From: Gnetum montanum
Lineage: Eukaryota > Plantae > Gnetophyta
Assembly (NCBI GenBank): GCA_015680685.1
Contig: MNCI01000958.1
Location: 313,330-377,329 of the forward strand
Direction: 5' to 3'
DNA length: 64,000 nucleotides
Position numbers and translations under genes: made by a program. Within the stretch, counting starts at the first letter, position 1. Every line of letters begins with the position of its first letter. Positions 61,601-64,000 of this stretch are shown piece after piece. The notes beneath the pieces are model-generated. The model did not search any database, was not told where the DNA came from, and saw only the letters and a list, made by a program, of their open reading frames with translations.

Positions 61601-64000
61601 ACTGTAGATGCACGAATGTGCATAAGAGATCTTTCCTTGGTGATATCAGAAGAACATGGATTCAAAAAGATCAAGAAGAGATGAGTTCCATGCATCATAT
61701 ACAGTGACTCTAGGTGCAATTGCATGCAAAAGCTTTGGTTTGTAAAATGTGCATCTATCTCTACATGCAAGTAGTGTGAATAGGAAGTAGATATTCAAAG
61801 GTTTCTATACATAGTAGCCACAAAATAGGAGGGTATCCAAATGGCTGACCGCTAATTCTGATAGTAGCATAATATGCATGGAACTTGCTAAGAGGTTAAC
61901 ATGTGCCTATGTCATAGGCATGAATGAGCTCAAACAACTTCATCACCAACTCTTTGATGAAGAAAATGCTTATACCAATTCAAGAGAGTTGGAGATCCCT
62001 AAGAATTTTAAGCAAGAGCCCCTAGAGTTAAAAACTCTACCTACCAGCTTGGAATATGCATTCTTGAAAAATAGCAAGATAGTTATACTTAATGTCAAAA
62101 TTGCTTTTGAACAAGAAGCAAAACTATTGGAAGTGATCAACAAATAGCCAATAGTCTTTTCTTGGTCATATCTTGAACTCATTAGAATTGACCCACAAAT
62201 ATGCTAGCATTGCATTTACACTAATCTGTCCATGAAGCCAAGAAGGCAACCACAATGGTGGTTGAACCCAAAATTAAAGCAAATTATCAAAGAGGAGATT
62301 GAACAACTCCTTAAGGTAGGGTTCATCTACCCCATTGCAAATAGTGAGTGGGTCAACCCACTCGTGATAGTGCTAAAGAGAGGTGGAAAATGATGGGTTT
62401 ACATAGACTTCAAACTATTGAACATGGCAACATTCAAGGATCATTTTCCATTACCATTCATTGATGAGGTATTGGACATCATTTCTGGGCATTACTACTA
62501 CAATTTTCTGGATGGTTATAGTGGCTATAACTAGATCTAGATTACACCAGAAGATCAGGCCAAAACAATATGCACAAGTCCCTAGGGGACTTTTACATAT
62601 TGTTAGATGTCATTCAGTCTATGCAATGCCCCTACAACATTTCAATGCCTGGTCCTTAGTATTTTCCAACAATAGATTGGTAGCAGGGTATAAGTCCTTA
62701 TGGGTGACTTCTCTGCCTATGGGGCTACATTTAAGCAAGCCCTGAATTACCTTAAGCAAGTGCTGAAAAGATGTATTGAAACAAACTTTAGGCTTAACTG
62801 GTAGAAAGCCATTTAATGATCTAGGAGGGCATAGTACTAAGGCACATAATTACTCAGGTAGGGATCGAGGTAGACCCTAAAAAGATAAGGGTCATCCAAG
62901 GAACCACTCACCAACCCAAAATTGTCAAAGATGTTTGGTCATTCCTTGGATACATCGATTACTATTAGTGATTTATAGAGAATTTCTCTAAGATAGCAAA
63001 GCCATTGGTCGAGCTTACAAAGAAAGATGCTCCATTCATTTGGACCAAGGAGTGTGAACATGCATTCCAATAGCTAAGGGAAAAACTCGTAGAAACTCCA
63101 ATTCTACAGGCACTAGACTAGTCCATACCATTTCATTTAATGACAAATGCATCTAATTATGTCTTGGGAGCTATGCTTACATAGTTGGACAATAAGCAAC
63201 ATCCATAGTACATCCACTGTGCAAGTAGAAGCATTGTGGGTGCACAACTAAATTACACCACCACAAAAAAAGAACTAATGGTAGTGGTGTATGCTCTGGA
63301 AAAATTTAGGCACTGTGTGCTTGGATATAAAGTATTTTTGCACACTAATCATAGTGCCATCCGCTGCCTAATGAACAAACCAATGGTGAGCCCACATATC
63401 ATACAGTGGCTTGTGATCTTGCAAGAATTCCATCTTGCAATGGTAGATCAAAAGGAAACTGAGAATGTGGTCACTGACCACTTATCTCAGTTGCAATGGG
63501 ATAACAAAGAGGAGGAAAGCCCATTATCTAATATGTTTCTTAATGAACTCCTATTTGCTACTACAATAAATGAACAAATGCTTGCAGAACAAAAATGATA
63601 TGATGGCATCCTCACTTATCCTCTCACTCAAGAGATGCTACAAGATCTAGACCATACAAAGAAACAATAGTTTCTTTATTGGGCTAAGTACTTCATGGAA
63701 ATCAAGGGATACCTTTACAAGGTGTGTGTCGATGGCCTGGTTCGTTGGTGTGCCCTTGATGCAAATTAATTATGAGTTCTCCAAGATGCTCACGAAGGTC
63801 CCTGTGGAGGCCACTATGCTAGGAGATACAGCCATAAAAATCCTGATGGTAGCATACTATTGGCCCATAATCTTCAGGGATGCCCACCAATTTGTCTAAT
63901 CCTATGAAAGCTATCAATGAGATGGTGAGATGACTACACGAATGGAGGAGTGGATTCAACTACTAGAGCCCTTTAACATATGGAGCATTGACTTCATGGC

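Larger units (their letters stand above)
57349..64000 (+). mobile_element. Degenerate Ty3/gypsy (Athila-like) LTR retrotransposon, continuing past the window end
   Basis: Order gag (KLKLFPKTL...WY, ~59770), protease (ALLDL, ~61350), RT (SEWVNP, KDHFPLPFIDEVL, FLDGYSGYN, ~62340-62720), RNase H (NYTTTKKELMVVVYALEKFR), integrase (HEGPCGGHYA; WSIDFM at the window end); many stops and frameshifts. Confidence 0.9.

Overview
Land-plant nuclear DNA (species not identifiable from sequence; draft assembly with N gaps). One host gene: a + strand, 20-exon KEA5-like K+/H+ antiporter (CPA2 family; 684-48416, ~584 aa). Its introns 1, 7, 14, 15 and 17 are enlarged (2.2, 3.8, 17.8, 10.5 and 9.0 kb), mostly by retroelements: L1-clade LINEs, RTE LINEs, tRNA-derived SINEs, copia remnants and LTR pieces. 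A degenerate Athila-like Ty3/gypsy element fills ~57.3-64 kb. Main discovery: an L1-clade LINE lineage (five related insertions here, four retaining the extension) whose ORF2 frame continues past the zf-RVT domain with no recognisable RNase H. It runs into (i) a ~170-aa domain resembling the Transposase_32/ATHILA-ORF1-type accessory domain of plant LTR retrotransposons, (ii) a long coiled coil, and (iii) in two diverged copies a C-terminal DnaJ-like J-domain (HPD intact in copy B, HLD in copy A). This suggests a retrotransposon encoding its own Hsp70 co-chaperone module. All assignments are by manual translation and motif recognition; no searches were run.
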